Origin: Octopus vulgaris
Lineage: Eukaryota
NCBI GenBank assembly: GCA_951406725.2
Contig: OX597834.1
Location: 5,022,001-5,086,000, forward strand
Direction: 5' to 3'
Length of the DNA stretch: 64,000 nucleotides
Under the pieces are notes generated by a model. The model was not told where the DNA came from, did no database searches, and was given only the letters and a program-made list of their open reading frames with translations. Within the stretch, counting starts at the first letter, position 1; every line of letters begins with the position of its first letter. The translations under genes were made by a program, and so were the position numbers. This document shows, in pieces, positions 31,700-46,990 of this stretch.

Positions 31700-32627
31700 C
31701 ATACATACATACATCTATCCATCCATCCATCCATCCATCCATCCATCCATCCATCCATCCATCCATACATACATACATACATACATAGTGGCGGCCGTTG
31801 TGGTCGATCCGATACTCGGACGTGGATAATTACTGCTCATATGAAGGCATCATTTCAAATATTGGAAAAGTTGAGCTACAGAGTGAGATGAGATTACTTA
31901 TGAATATTTCTACATAAGTAGTTCAAATATTGCTTATGTTGCAGCATATCAATATAAATGTTACATACATCTTAACATATGTATATGAACGCCACGCTGT
32001 AAGGTTTACACGCATAAAAGAAAGAAACCAAATAACGTTTGAAAATAATTCACGAAAAAAAGAGAAGAAAAACAAATCAAACATCGCTCAACATGGACGC
32101 TTAAATACGGTTTCAGAAATACAAACAACACAAAAAAAAAAAGATTACCCAAGCTGTGCACAACCTTGAATTTAATTCTGACAAGATTTTGTCGAAACTT
32201 TTAAAGATCGTTATATATTTTAAAAAACAAATACAAATATCAGTGAATTGATAAAGTCATTATGAATAAAAATAAGTCTCTTTCGACTAAATTGGGACTA
32301 CAATCACTGTATACGATCTTACAGATTTATATGAAGCATATATACAATCTGACCCCCAAATTAGATTTTATCAAAGGCTAAAATATTTAAATGAATAAGC
32401 AAAGTCTGTTTTTAGATGTAAATTGATATATCTAACAGAAATATATCTAACAGAAATATCTGATACAAAGCCAGCCGTTACCTATAATTATCCCGTTTAC
32501 ACTGGTGGACAGAAGGAACTCGCTATATATGAAGTGGAGCTTAACATGCAACAGGCATCTTTTGTAACTGTAGTAAACTCGAACCCGCAAAGCCCATGTC
32601 ACAACAGGAACAATCACCTGCCGTATC

Positions 32628-32697
<70 letters not shown>

Positions 32698-34243
32698 CAA
32701 TAGCTTTCTTAAAAGAACATATAACAAAAATGGAAATACCAGCATCGTAAATAAATATATTACTAATGCTCAGTTGAACAGTATTGAACATGAAAATATT
32801 CCGCCTAGAATTTACGTTAGCGCCTTACATAGGGACTTCACTTAAAAGCATTTCCTTTTATAGTTTTTGCGGCAGAGATAATACGAATATAGACATCACT
32901 TCGTGTGCCGAGTACAGTTTCTTTTGTGTGAAAGGAGATTATCTGTGAAAATCGTAACTCGAAACTTTTCAAAGAGTGATTTGCTTTAAGAAACTTGAGG
33001 TGCAAGTGGGAATGTCACAAACCTTGCAGTTGATTAACAAAATAGCTTATCGTAGAATCAAAGAAGAGATAGCGAACGCAACAGAAATATGAAATAAAGC
33101 CCAATATATAGCGGAGAAGAAAACCAGAAAATAGAAATGAGAAAAGTAAAAAGAAACGAATCGTTGGAAACATTTTTGATTACTGTCCAACTGTGCAAAT
33201 CAAATGATTTGATAACAATGCAAAAGAATGGAAAAAAGTTTATAATATTTCCCTTCAAAGTCTTTTGACAGATATGAACATTTATCTTGTAATGCTTCAG
33301 TTCTTCATTCTCTTAAAAGACATTAATAGCTTCTGATTATTTTTTTTCCTTTCTAATTACTTTGGGGAATTTATTCGTTCTAAGTTTGCAAAATCTACCG
33401 CAAAAGACACTTTATTGTTCTTGTGAGTATATATAATAAAACAAAATAATAACTAAAACCTTATTGTCTCATAAATTTATTTATATCGATATCTTTCAAG
33501 TCTTAATGCTATGGAACAGTGAAGACGGAATGGCTTCTATCTTGTAGTCGGAGATTTACGACAGTAAAGAGAGATGAGCAGCAGTGAAGACAGGAAACCA
33601 GCGAGAAATGAATATGAACGTAAAGTAGAGGATATACAGTGTAGAAGTTGTGATACAAATATATAAGTCAGTGTTATTTATATAAAGTGTCTGAGCATCA
33701 AATTACTAAGCCTTTTATGTAAGCGAAGAATGAATGAGAGAGGAAGAAAGAGGAAGAAGTACGAAGAAAAAGACGAAACTACTAATAAAGAATTGAATTG
33801 TGGATATATATGGTGTATAGAAAGTGAACAAAGTAGCACAGGTTAAAACATGCGGTTTATAATAGGAATAGAAATAAAAGTAACGATGATGAAGTTGAAG
33901 CAGCATTTTCTTTTGTTTTATTGGTTAACTGCAATGCAGTTCTGATCAGGGATACATATTGCAGGTAATAATACGTGTGATTCAAGTGTGAACGGCTTTG
34001 CTTGCTTCGGGATCTTTTAGAATGAGAGTGTAGGTGAGGTTAATTGTATGAGGAACAGTGTTAGTGTTGGGTTATGTTTTTCCACAATATAGGTCAAATT
34101 TTACAGGTGATCTGACACAGGTCACATACAAACATATATAGCTTAATACAGCAATGCCGCACAAACATCCCCCCACAAATATATGTATATATGTGTGTGT
34201 ATATATTTATGGATATATGCATCGATATATGTATATATATAGT

Positions 34244-34445
34244 TAATCCAAACAAGAAAGCACAAAAAAACACTACAACGCGAGGACGTGGAACAAATAT
34301 AGTATTATTGGACGCTCAGGAAAGAAGGAAAGAAGGGGGGTTTAACGTTTCGAGTGGAGCTCTTCGTCGGAAACATAAGAGAAGGAAAGATCCAGAGAAG
34401 GGAAGACAGAGGAAAAAAAATCGCCAACGGTACACACGAGATCTC
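34244..34445 (-). mobile_element. PLE pLTR-like repeat with minimal hammerhead
   Basis: Minus 34374-34340: GTTT-CCGACGA-A-GAG ctcca CTC-GAAA-CG-TT-AAAC. (TA)n flanks. Related to 56270-56430. Confidence 0.7.
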
Positions 34446-34460
34446 ATTTTGAAAGGTATA

Positions 34461-34504
<44 letters not shown>

Positions 34505-35971
34505 TCGATATATGTATATATATATACACGTACATACATATAAGCATATGCATATACCTGTATGTGTGTGTGCGTGCGTGTGCGCGCGCCAAGGAAAATG
34601 TCTCTCAGTATTGAATTCTACTTATATTCACTGAATTTAGGAAAATATTCATCTGTCTGATGCCGATACCAACTTGAAGAAGCATGACCTTGTAATAAAT
34701 CATTTTCATTTATATATTTATTATTCATGGATCGGTTTCAGAAACATATTATTAATTTCGTTTCTTCAAAAATAATTAGGTGCGATATGCATAAAAATGT
34801 TCAGTATCAAAAAACAATGAATAAAAAAAAAAAAAACTCAGAAGAAAATTTACAGATAATATTGTTAGTTTAGAAACGAGCCAATGGCTGTACTTTTAGC
34901 TAATCAGTCATTTTATGTACAGATGTGGTTTTGTCTCATTTCCCTTTCATAAACTGCTAGTGAGATAGTTGGATACATTCCTTAACTGCCTTATTGTGCT
35001 TAATGCAACATCTAAGCAAGTGTCATAATTATTTAAACCTCAGCACGCTACCGCACACTATTATAGTCATTTGGTATTTTATGTTGGTAATTAGTACATT
35101 GCTGTTGTTTGAATTATGAAAATATGAGAACTATTATGTGATATTGTTGTCTGGGTTTGCTAAACAATACATGATTATACTCTATAATTATAGAGAATTA
35201 CACGAACAACGCGAAAATATTTATCGACGCTGTTGAAATTGGGTTTTTCAGGCGTATTTAGAACAACTTTGTTACATTATTGCTACTCAGCTTATAGTTC
35301 TCGGAGTCTGATCAACAACTTATTATTCAAAATCGCGTGTTGATTTTAGAAACTACAAAAGAATTTGTTAATGTGTGGTGAGTTTTATAGCTTCTGTGGC
35401 CCATTACTCGAATACATATCTCAATTCTTGCTATATTTTAGAAGAATATTTTATAAAGTACAGTGTACCAGTGAGTAACTGTCTGCACGTCAGTGTTTGA
35501 GACATGTTATGTTATACTTATACTTTCTGTACGAAGTATGGCAAACTTTACAAATGATTTGAAATAGGTTATACGTAACATTATGCGTAAAATGGCCATT
35601 TACAGGAATCCATGTGCCGAGGAAAATTTACTGACGGCAGCCTGTCTCTCATTGGAGATCAAGACAGTCTTTGGTGCTGTACAATTGCACATTAGTAACA
35701 AGGCGATTATTTTTACTACTTTTGTGATTTCAGTGTACGATCGTGTTGGAAAATGGTACTATGTGTATGTAAATATAGGGCATACAGATCGTATTGGCAA
35801 TTTAGAAATAAACCTTTATAATTTTTTCAATCCGGTTTTCTCATGAGCCGACACAATGTTATAATATACTTTAATGTCTAAATCATAGATATTCTAAATT
35901 TCATCGAATTATTGGTAAAAATATTGTTACTGGAGATATAATCAACCGTCTACGTTATTAGTTTTTTATTG

Positions 35972-36171
35972 CGCACAAGGGGCTAAACATAGAGGGGACA
36001 AACAAAGGGATTAAGTCGATTACATCGACTCCAGTGCGTAGCTGGTACTTAATTTATCGACCCCGAAAGGATGAAAGGCAAAGTCGGCCTCGGCGGAATT
36101 TGAACTCAGAACGTAACAGCAGATAAAATACGGCTAGGCATTTCGCCCGGCGTGCTAACGGTTCTGCCAGC
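35972..36171 (-). mobile_element. SINE group A
   Basis: Homologous to 26-243. Confidence 0.88.
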
Positions 36172-36289
36172 GATGGGTAACTTGTCACCATTTTATATTT
36201 TTAATTTCGCACTCGCGCATTCTTTGTTTTCCATTTTGTCGACTACACAGTATAGTAGTGTTAGTTGAGCAACTTCTGTGAGCAAAACA

Positions 36290-36700
36290 GTAAATTTAAC
36301 CGGAGTATATTCAATACTGAATTTTTATCCCGAATAAGCACGTTGGTACCGAAATGCAATTCGAAAAAGCCCGCCATTTACATAGATGTATAAGGGGTAA
36401 ACATTTCTATATGCTGCATTGGATAAGATAGTTGTTCGTCTGGTATGTTGTTTTTGTTCATTCATTATATATCTTGATTTATGCTTGAACTGAGGTGTGA
36501 AAATTGCATAAAACTGCACTGATTACGAAATTACAGTGTGATATGCAGCTGAATTCCGTTTTTAAATTACTTGCTTCGAGAGTTGATTTCGGTACAATGT
36601 GTTTATTTATTTTAGTAGTTTTGACTTTAAGAGTCCCTCCTAGCCTGTGGCATTTATGTGTAATAATGCTCTCTATATAATATAAATAAATATATTTAAG
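36290..36700. repeat. Unclassified interspersed repeat (second copy at 46601-46990)
   Basis: About 400 bp colinear similarity starting TAAATTTAACCGGAGTATATTCAATACTGAAT. Confidence 0.8.
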
Positions 36701-37055
36701 TGAAAAAAAATTGTTTTTTTTTACGCTAACTACTTGATAAATTCTTATGAAGATTTTATCCTATTCTAAAATTATACATATATATATATATTTATATATA
36801 AATGAGTGTGGGTTCGTATATGTATATATATATATATATATATAAAATGAGTGTGGGTTCGTATATGTATATACATATATATATATATATATATAACACT
36901 CAATAATATGAACGAAGAAAATCATATCTTTATTTTCGATCACACATTAAAATCCAATAACTGTTTCAGTTGCCTTAACACATTTTAAAAATTATTTTAT
37001 ACGTTTCACCCTTGGAACATATATATATATATATATTCGCTCTTTCTTTCTTTCG

Positions 37056-37088
<33 letters not shown>

Positions 37089-37700
37089 TTAAAATATATA
37101 TTATTAAAATTAATAATATGTACGAAAATTTATGTCAACACAACTTTAATAATGTAATCCATATTGGAGAAATTCTAACTGAACATCTGAAAAAGTTTTT
37201 AGCCGTTAAATACACTAACAAAAAGAGACGCCAAACCAAATTTAACCTTCATTCATGCAACCAAGAGCGACGTCATTGAATTACTAACATAGTTTATAAA
37301 AATGAAATATAAAATACCATAATAATTCCATATTTTTTTACACTTTGAAATCTACATGAAAAACCAAACGTACAAAACGAGTATATTTATCTACTAAAAT
37401 TGATGACGTCACTGGATGTCTAAAGAACAAGAACTGCAGACAAGAATTCTACGTTATGATTAAAAGATAACTAAAGCATAAAAGCTAGAATTAATAAATA
37501 TCGGTAACACTTAGTAGAACCTTTTTTTTATTTTACGTCGTAATAATCAATTACCTATTTATATATTTAATATAATATATCTTTCTATAGGAATTAATAT
37601 TATCTTATAATAACTAAAGAATTATTATATACAACAGCTAAAAATTATTATATTTAAGAGGTAAGATTTTTTTCAGATATTGTTATCAATTTTATAATAC

Positions 37701-37778
<78 letters not shown>

Positions 37779-38850
37779 TGCACATGGCGGAGACGTAACC
37801 AAACCCCGCCCTCCTTAAAACATTTTTACGGAGACCCACTTTTTGAGCTATGGAGGATCGGATTCTGAGAAAACAATTGGCGAAAATTTCAATCCTTCCC
37901 CCTATTTCTTAATTTTTTACTTTTACCAGAATTTGTTTTCGGGAGAAATACGTAGAAAAATACAGAGATTATGATTCAACAAAACGGAAAGATAATTTTA
38001 GTAAATCAACGAAAGTTTAATTAGCCATATTATATTTCTGATTTCAGAAATTTTTGTTTAATAGAGAAGAAGATGGATGATGATAATAATCTCAAAACTT
38101 GCGACAGAGGGAAATAGATATTCCAAAGTCACATTAACATTTGAGTTGACTAATTAAGAATTATGGGATTGGTGATATGGTTTGGCCACAATTTTTGCGG
38201 CTCAAAAATTCAAACTTATTTAGCGACATCAATTACAAAGTATTCGTAAGAAAGTAGGACTGATAGAAAGTTATTTTATCGAGATAAAAAAAGAATGCCT
38301 TGAAACGATAGTTATTGAAAGATTGGAAGTGGGGACACAAAATATTTCATATGCGTTTTCCTTTCAGCACGCCCAGTGGAAGCAAAGTGGAAACACACAG
38401 AAGTGATGATCTGGGCGGGTTTCATTTGAGACAAAGTAAATATTTTTCCTAAGTTTTCAGTGATTTGGACAACTTTCCAATGTAATAAATAAATACATTA
38501 CGTTCTTTAATTGTTTGTGGAGTTATATAAAAATCAACAGACATGCAGTGTATGACTAGTATTTCTCGACTGCACGCCACTGATATATATATATATATAT
38601 TCAAACATATAAGGGATGGCCATAATAGGACATCCGACTCACTAGAAAGAGCAGCCAATCTCCAAACCACTAATAGTTGTAATTCTGAAATGGAAAGAGA
38701 AATAAAAATGTTTACCCTCTCCTTTCTTTGTCATCTGTACTTCATCAGTGAGGTCGCTAATAAATATATATGTTGTCTATTGATTTTATTACGCAAGCTA
38801 GCCACCGGTATGACATTTTTCCTAAATTTTCTACCCTTATTATTTTCATA

Positions 38851-38999
<149 letters not shown>

Positions 39000-40149
39000 A
39001 GAGAGAGAGAGAGAGAGAGAGACTTTCATTTTTCAAATTGTTAAAATGATCATGACTCCATTGGGTGAGAAAAATTCCTGAAAAAAATTTGATATAGTGA
39101 AGATAGTCATAAGCAGGTCGCTGATATCTTGAATGTTTTGTCAGTAGTATAGGCCAACTGACACACATTCTACTGGCTATAGGTTTGGCTGTGAGCCAGA
39201 CATAAAAAGAATATATCTGTCTCAAGATTACTTCTTTAGTCACCATCTTTTCCTTATTCTGGTTTATAGCCAAACCACTGACCGACAGCAATATTGTAGA
39301 CTAATTCCAGTGAGGAATATCCGGAGTTATTAGGAATGTGACTCTGCTATTTGCTTTAAATACATTATGAAAAATACTGCTCTCCCACCTCAAGCCATTA
39401 ACAGTTTCTCTTACTTTCAATACCGATGTAGAAATGAGTGTTTCGCTTGCTTCTTAAATTTCGCGCTCACCACACGTATTGGGTTTTAAAAACTAAAGCA
39501 TTCCGGTCCCTGAATGATTTACTTTTCTGCCTTCGCATTTATTTTCATTTTCAATCCTTCATGTAATAAAAAACACGGAATCCAAAATATAAGAACATCT
39601 ATAGACTTGTCCTAATTTCATTGTGTAACTCATGTATTAACCGTATCTTTTATTTTCTACTTGTTTCAGTCATTAGACTGCAGCCATCCTGGGGCACCGC
39701 CTTGAAGAATTTTAGTCAAATGAGACATATATAATTATGAACACACGGAAGTCATTGCATTTTCATGAAAACTCCTATTGTGTAAACAAGAAGGGAGATA
39801 AGCTACATGATGTCGCAATGGGGAGCTAAGTTGTAGGCGTCTATATCCTAGATATCCTTAGGAAAGAATTAACATAAACCAGCATAGAGACGATGGCCTA
39901 GGAGTATGTATGAATGTATAGGAACACACACACACACACACACACTGACCCACACACAAACAAAAGGGAACGCGGTGTAAATAACAGAGTCAAGACTATT
40001 GAAAAGGTTGCAAGACACAACGAAAATTTTAGAAAATAAAAATAAGTGGAAATTTTACCGGTGAGTGTGTTAAATAATAAGGCACTAAAAGAGAATGACT
40101 CTCCCAAGACACAACAGAATATGCATCAACACACGAACTTATATAAAGA

Positions 40150-40385
40150 ATCTTGCAAACCAAATCCCAAAACGAAATATATATATATATATATATATAT
40201 ATGCAAAATACAAAATGGGACAAGAACGCAAAACATCCAAATAGACGATACAAAAAACACGGACGGGTCATTAGAAGCCTTTAATCTTCAGTCAAGAGCC
40301 TGATCATCCTCGCAATTTCGGCTGATTAATCGTGAGATTGCTCCAATCTGGCCAACCCCAAAGAAAAACTAAGCTACGGCCATTA
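40150..40385. repeat. Unclassified TA-flanked repeat (second copy at about 62170-62380)
   Basis: GTCATT.GAAGCCTT.AATCTTCAGTCA...CAATTTCGG.TG...GGCCAACCCCAA.GAAAAACTAAGCT in both copies. Confidence 0.7.
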
Positions 40386-40537
40386 TATGTATGCATATAT
40401 ATAATGTAGGTAGCTACACGCAATATAAGACTAAATCGAAAAAATTCAGTTGTGGCTAATAGTGCAAGATCGCATCTACATTGCTAGAAACAAAAGTCAA
40501 AGAAATTTATAGCTACAAAAAGCACAAGTCTGTGTGC

Positions 40538-40569
<32 letters not shown>

Positions 40570-40902
40570 TTAAATATATATCTATATATATAGAGAGAGA
40601 GTGAGAGAGATTCACGCTTGCACACACACGTACACATACGTGTGGCGCGGACATTTTAACACGAAGACGCGTTAAGAGAGAAACAAATGGAACACATTAC
40701 GTTTACGCTCAGGAAATAAAAGGCTGGGACGAATAGAGAAGGAAACAAGGAGAAACATAACACACGTGAATCCATCGAAACCTCACGGCACGCCGAAGTG
40801 ATGAGTTCCCTTTTGGCGTGTGTGGTAAGGAGTGTGGAAACGGTGAGCCAGACTTTGTGTATGAAGCTACGGGGCACCTTTCCTTGCGTATGTTTTTGTT
40901 CA

Positions 40903-41096
<194 letters not shown>

Positions 41097-41192
41097 CCTA
41101 TCTGTCTGTCTATATATCTATCTATCTATTTATTTATCTATGTATCTATCTATCCCTCTCTATATATACATACATACACACACACACGCACG

Positions 41193-41239
<47 letters not shown>

Positions 41240-42674
41240 GTGCGCACACACACATCTATACATATATACTTGTATACATATCTGCATATGTTTTGTGTTT
41301 GTGCGTGAATTTGTACGAAAGTGTGTCTGAGTGTGTCTGTGATGTGATATAAATATGTAAAATACGTATGTAATATTTGAGCTGCGCGATTATTCAAATT
41401 TCCTCTGTTCAGTGTTCTGCAAGACTATACGGAATGACTTTTACGAGGATTAATCCTGTCATTGGCAAGATTTCATCTACCAATATCGAATACTGTTTGT
41501 TTCTCTAATGCTTTATTCGATCGAGGAAATATAGGATAAAAACTAGTAAAGAGAACTGCATGCACATTTGTTCAGCTAACATTTGGCAAGTTTACAGCAA
41601 AGGAAATTGAAATTGCGGTTGTTAAACGCTTAGAAGGCTCTAAGCATTCCAAGGTTAACATTTGTATTAGAATACCAGTTGTAGATCTACAGTTTCTGAA
41701 ATCTTTACAATATATGGTCATTTCGGTAAATCCAAATGATTAATCGAAAGTTACAGATTACTGACTCAGAAATAAAGTGAAGGATTATATCAGAAATAGT
41801 ACTATAGTTAAGTGAAGCCTACTGCTGTAAGTAGATAGAGCAGAGTATAGTAAGTGAATCACTCGGTAATTATCTTTTTAGGATATTGTTTTTGTTAAAT
41901 CACTTCCTCTGTCGCTCAAAATATTTTTATCCGAACAAAACGTGGGTGACGGAAATATTTAATTATTCTATATGCTCTCTATATGTCCAAATAGAGTTAA
42001 CGAAGTAGAGACCTGAGTAAGCGGAGGAATCATAAGGCATTCAATGGAATTGGACGAATTAGCTGCCATTTAGAGTCATCGCTTTAAAAATATAGGCATT
42101 GACGAATATTATCTTAGATGCTGAGGCTATGTTACTGCTGTCTTTTAGATAAACAACCAGAACAAGCACAACAAAACCAATGTGAATTTTCTACTAATTG
42201 AAAGCAGCCTATCCGCATTTATTGCATAGGATATTTGCATATTGACTGTAACACAATGAAAAGGCAATAAATCTATCAATAACCATCTTCAAAAAGAAAA
42301 GTGTTTTACTCTCAAGCGTACCTGTTTATCTTTGAGCAGGAACAGTTATTCTCTTTGTTCTGTCTTTTACAGTTTTTACTTTTATTGTTTTTACTGTCCT
42401 GTTCTTGTCACCACTTTTACCCCTCCGCAAAAAATACCAAATTTTATTTAATTTGCTTTGCGGGAAGGATTGTTTCAGCAAAGTCGCGTCTTGTCTTTAC
42501 CTTCGAACGCGGAGTAGACGAAACAGGGACAACTGAAGAAGGGGAATATTCCTTGTGTTGTATGTCTTGTACTTTGTTTTTTTCGTTGTTTGAAAAAAAT
42601 TGTTTCCATGTTTTTGTTATGTTTTCGTTTCTCATTGTGTTCAACGTTTTTTTATGTCCTGTACCCATATATGC

Positions 42675-42711
<37 letters not shown>

Positions 42712-42759
42712 GATGTAGGCATGTAGATATATGTATGTATATATGCATATATTTATATA

Positions 42760-42810
<51 letters not shown>

Positions 42811-42814
42811 TGTA

Positions 42815-43036
42815 TGTGTGTATATGTTTGTGTGTCAGTGTTTGTCCCCCAACATCGCTTGACAACAGATGCTGGTGTGTTTACGTCTCCGTAACTTGGC
42901 GGTTCGGCAAAAGAGACCTATAGAATACGTACTAGGCTTACAAAGAATAAGTCCTGGGGTCGATTTGCTCGACTAAAGGCGGTGCTCCAGCGTGGCCGCA
43001 GTCAAATAACTGAAACAAGTAAATGAGTAAAAGAGT
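42815..43036 (+). mobile_element. SINE group C, 3' half
   Basis: TTTGTCCCCCAACATCGCTTGACAAC...GACTAAAGGCGGTGCTCCAG...GAAACAAGTAAA. Confidence 0.85.
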
Positions 43037-43669
43037 ATATGCATATATGGGCACAGGACGTCATAAAACGTGAAAAACCATATATACGTATGTACATATA
43101 TGTATGTATATATGCATATATATATGTATATATATATATATATGGGGAGAGAGAGATGAGCATACTACAAAGAGACAGGTGTTGTTTTGCGTCAGTCAGA
43201 GGTTTTTTTTCTTTAGTAAAATTTGTTTGTAAGATGATAAACGAACTTGTTTGTATATAGAATGATAGATACAGACATACAGACAGTCAGTCAGAGAGAC
43301 AGCTAGGTAACAAGCGAACGGGCGAACGGACTTCATAGGTAGTTACAGAAGTTTAGATAATTGTAAAAGTGATATGACAAAATAATATGAAGTGTAAATA
43401 TAGACTTTATAACGATACAATAATTTTACTATACGTTTAGTATCATGACATTGACTGCCACCACCACCACCACCACCAATGCAAAGATTGACAGCAATTT
43501 CTTTCAAAACAAATAGAGATTTTATGGAAACATTAAAAAATAAAATAATTCTGCATCTGAAAGACAATTATTATCAGAAGTATTCTACGATGTCGGAATA
43601 GGATTTCTGAAAATATTTCCATTTTGAACCGTGTCTCTATTTCTCTTGTGCGCGATCGCTAAGTAGTGC

Positions 43670-43740
43670 TCTTCTTCTTCTTCTTCGTCTTCTTCTTCTT
43701 CTTGTAGTTGTTGTTGTTTTTGTTATTATTATTATCATTA

Positions 43741-43786
<46 letters not shown>

Positions 43787-43834
43787 CATTATTATTAATA
43801 TTAATATTATTATTATTATTATTATTAATATTAA

Positions 43835-43894
<60 letters not shown>

Positions 43895-43930
43895 GAGCAT
43901 TGTTACTAGTAGTAGTAGTAGTAGTAGTAG

Positions 43931-43962
<32 letters not shown>

Positions 43963-44045
43963 GTAACAATGCTCATAATAATAATGATAATAATAATAAG
44001 AAGCAGAAGATGAAGAAGATGATGAAGAAGAAGAAGACGACGAAG
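43670..44045. repeat. Fold-back microsatellite complex
   Basis: ATTATGAGCATTGTTACTAG(TAG)n | (TAC)nTAGTAACAATGCTCATAAT, centred at 43931/2. Outer (TTC)n-(TTA)n is mirrored by (TAA)n-(GAA)n. Confidence 0.85.
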
Positions 44046-44477
44046 TAAAAGTACAATAACAGTAACGATGGTGATGACGAAGCTAACGAGACGGCAACCA
44101 CGACATCAGCGGCAAACACGCTGACAAGAAATGTAACTAAAAGAAATCAAGAAAAAAAAAAAGCGTGAAAAAAGTAGGAGTTACATCATCATTGGTCGAG
44201 TTCACCACATCAGTGTCAGAAGCAGCACTTCTGCAATCACTGCACCGATCACCATTATCATCTTCATCATTTTCCATCATTTGCCACGCTAATACAGTCG
44301 CTATCAACTATCAAAGTTTAGCATCACCACTACCATCGAACATCAGCATCGGCATCGGCACTAAGCAACGCCATTACGGTGGAACAAGCAGAACTACTGA
44401 CACAAACATTACAATCGCCATCACTATCACACTACGATCACTAACACCATCACCGCCATCAAAACACGATCGCCATA

Positions 44478-44498
44478 ATCATCACCACCACCACCACC

Positions 44499-44529
<31 letters not shown>

Positions 44530-44803
44530 TTTTGATCATCATCATCATCATCATCATCATTTTGATCACCATCATCATCATCATTTTATCATCATCATCA
44601 TCTTCATCGTGATCATCATCATCATCATTTTCATCACCATCATCATCATCATTTTTATCATCATCATCGTCATCATCATCATCATTTTGATCATCATCAT
44701 CATCATCATCATTTTCATCACCATCATCATCATCATTTTTATCATCATCATCATCATCATCATCATCATTTTTATCATCATCATCATCATCATCATTTTT
44801 ATC

Positions 44804-44835
<32 letters not shown>

Positions 44836-44920
44836 CATCATTTTCATCACCATCATCATCATCATTTTTATCATCATCATCATCATCATTTTTATCATCA
44901 TCATCATCATCATCATTTTT

Positions 44921-44971
<51 letters not shown>

Positions 44972-45010
44972 GTCATCATCGTCATCGTCGTCATCATCGT
45001 CATCGTCATT
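44478..45010. repeat. (CAT)n array with periodic TTT interruptions
   Basis: About 530 bp with an in-register TTT triplet roughly every 21-40 nt. Confidence 0.9.
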
Positions 45011-45368
45011 GTTTTGTGGCACGTCCATCAACATCAAGTTCGCTTCACCAGCTTCGCTTGCCATCAGCCCCCAAAACACCCAGCAACCAGCGGTATGACT
45101 GCTACCGCCGCCGACAGACACATCTAACAGCAAGAGTCATCTACTTTTAAGTAATACTCATTGATTACTATCAAGTATCTTGACATAACATTGGCACTGC
45201 CTTTAAAAACAGCTATTGATTTGCAACCTACTCTGTCAAACTGTCAGTGATTCTACAACACCTCTTGAGAATCTACTGGCAGAAAACCTTGCATGGGAGC
45301 AAAAGAAGCTTTGGCAAATATAGGTTTTGTTTGCTCAGATCATAGGTTCTACACAAACATATATATAT

Positions 45369-45423
<55 letters not shown>

Positions 45424-45456
45424 TATACAGATAGATAGATAGATATAGGTATATAT

Positions 45457-45495
<39 letters not shown>

Positions 45496-45507
45496 TGTAT
45501 ATATATG

Positions 45508-45538
<31 letters not shown>

Positions 45539-45697
45539 GTATATATATGTATATATATATATGTATATTTATATATATATATATATTGAGGGCATGTGTC
45601 CGTATATGAATACCTGCACACACACACGTTCACACGCGCACATACTCCCACACGTGTACCCACGCACACGTACGTACATAGGCACATGAATATAAAG

Positions 45698-45730
<33 letters not shown>

Positions 45731-46013
45731 CTCACGCACTCATTTATCAATTGGGAATCCGCGCTAGTAACGGTATTTTATTGGTTTTTTCCAACTGTGC
45801 GTCTCTTTTTACTTAGAATGTTTTAACTTTCGATAAACGCGCAGAAACTCTGCGATATCCGATTGCAACTTTGAACTAAGTTGAGTAATTCGTTCTGCAA
45901 CTGACATAAGTAATTGCCCAATTAACGGGAATTCTGTTAATATGCAATAGTAAAGTGTAGTTTAACAATTGTCAAGTATGTTGCCTAATTCCGCTTGTAC
46001 GTATATATATAGA

Positions 46014-46420
46014 AGTGGCTGTGTGGTAAGTAGCTTGCTTACCAACCACATGGTTCCAAGTTCATTCCCACTGCGTGGCACCTTGGGCAAGTGTCTTCTA
46101 CTATAGCCTCGGGCCGACCAAAGCCTTGTGAGTGGATTTGGTAGACGGAAACTGAAAGAAGCCCGTCGTATATATGTATATATATATATATATATATGTA
46201 TATGCGTGTATGTTTGTATGTCTGTGTTTGTCCCCCTAGCATTGCTTGACAACCGATGCTGGTGTGTTTACGTCCCCGTCACTTAGCGGTTCGGCAAAAG
46301 AGACCGATAGTATAAGTACTAGGCTCACAAAGAATAGTCCCCGGGTCGATTTGCTCGACTAAAAGGTGGTGCTCCAGCATGGCCACAGTCAAATGACTGA
46401 AACAAGTAAAAGAGTAAAAG
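46014..46420 (+). mobile_element. SINE group C, full length
   Basis: GTGGCTGTGTGGTAAG (A box) ... GTTCATTCC (B box) ... internal (TA)n(TG)n ... GAAACAAGTAAAAGAGTAAAAG. Confidence 0.9.
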
Positions 46421-46600
46421 CGTATATATATAGAAATATATATATATATATATATATATATATTTCTATATATAGTAGAGAAAAATCAAAACCAAGGCAA
46501 GTAATTTAGAATAAGTTAATTAGAACAAGGTAAATTTGAAGACTTACGTCCGCTTCTGGCAAGTGGTAGTTTAGCATGTTCGTGCACTATTTTTAAATTG

Positions 46601-46990
46601 TAAATTTAACCGGAGTATATTCAATACTGAATGTGTATTCCGAATAAGCCCTTTATACCGAAATGCAATTCGAAAAAGCCTGCCATTTACATAGATGTAT
46701 AAGGGGTGAACATTTCTATATGCTGCGTTGGATACGAGGGTTGTTCGTCTGGTATGTTGATTTTGTACATTCATTATAAATCTTGAATTATGCTTGCACT
46801 GATGAGTAAAGAGTGCAGACCACTGCACTGATTACGAAATCACAGGTGATATGCAGCTGAATTCTGTTTTAAATGACCTGCTTCGAGAGATGCATTCTGT
46901 ACGATATGTTTATTTATTTTAGTCGTTTTGACTTTAAGAGTCCCTCCAAGCGTGTGGCATTTAAGTGTTTTAATGCCCTCTATATGATTT
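46601..46990. repeat. Unclassified interspersed repeat (copy of 36290-36700)
   Basis: Colinear similarity. Confidence 0.8.

Noticed and set aside
35583-35846. Possible host exon
   Set aside because: No recognisable domain or convincing splice-site pair.
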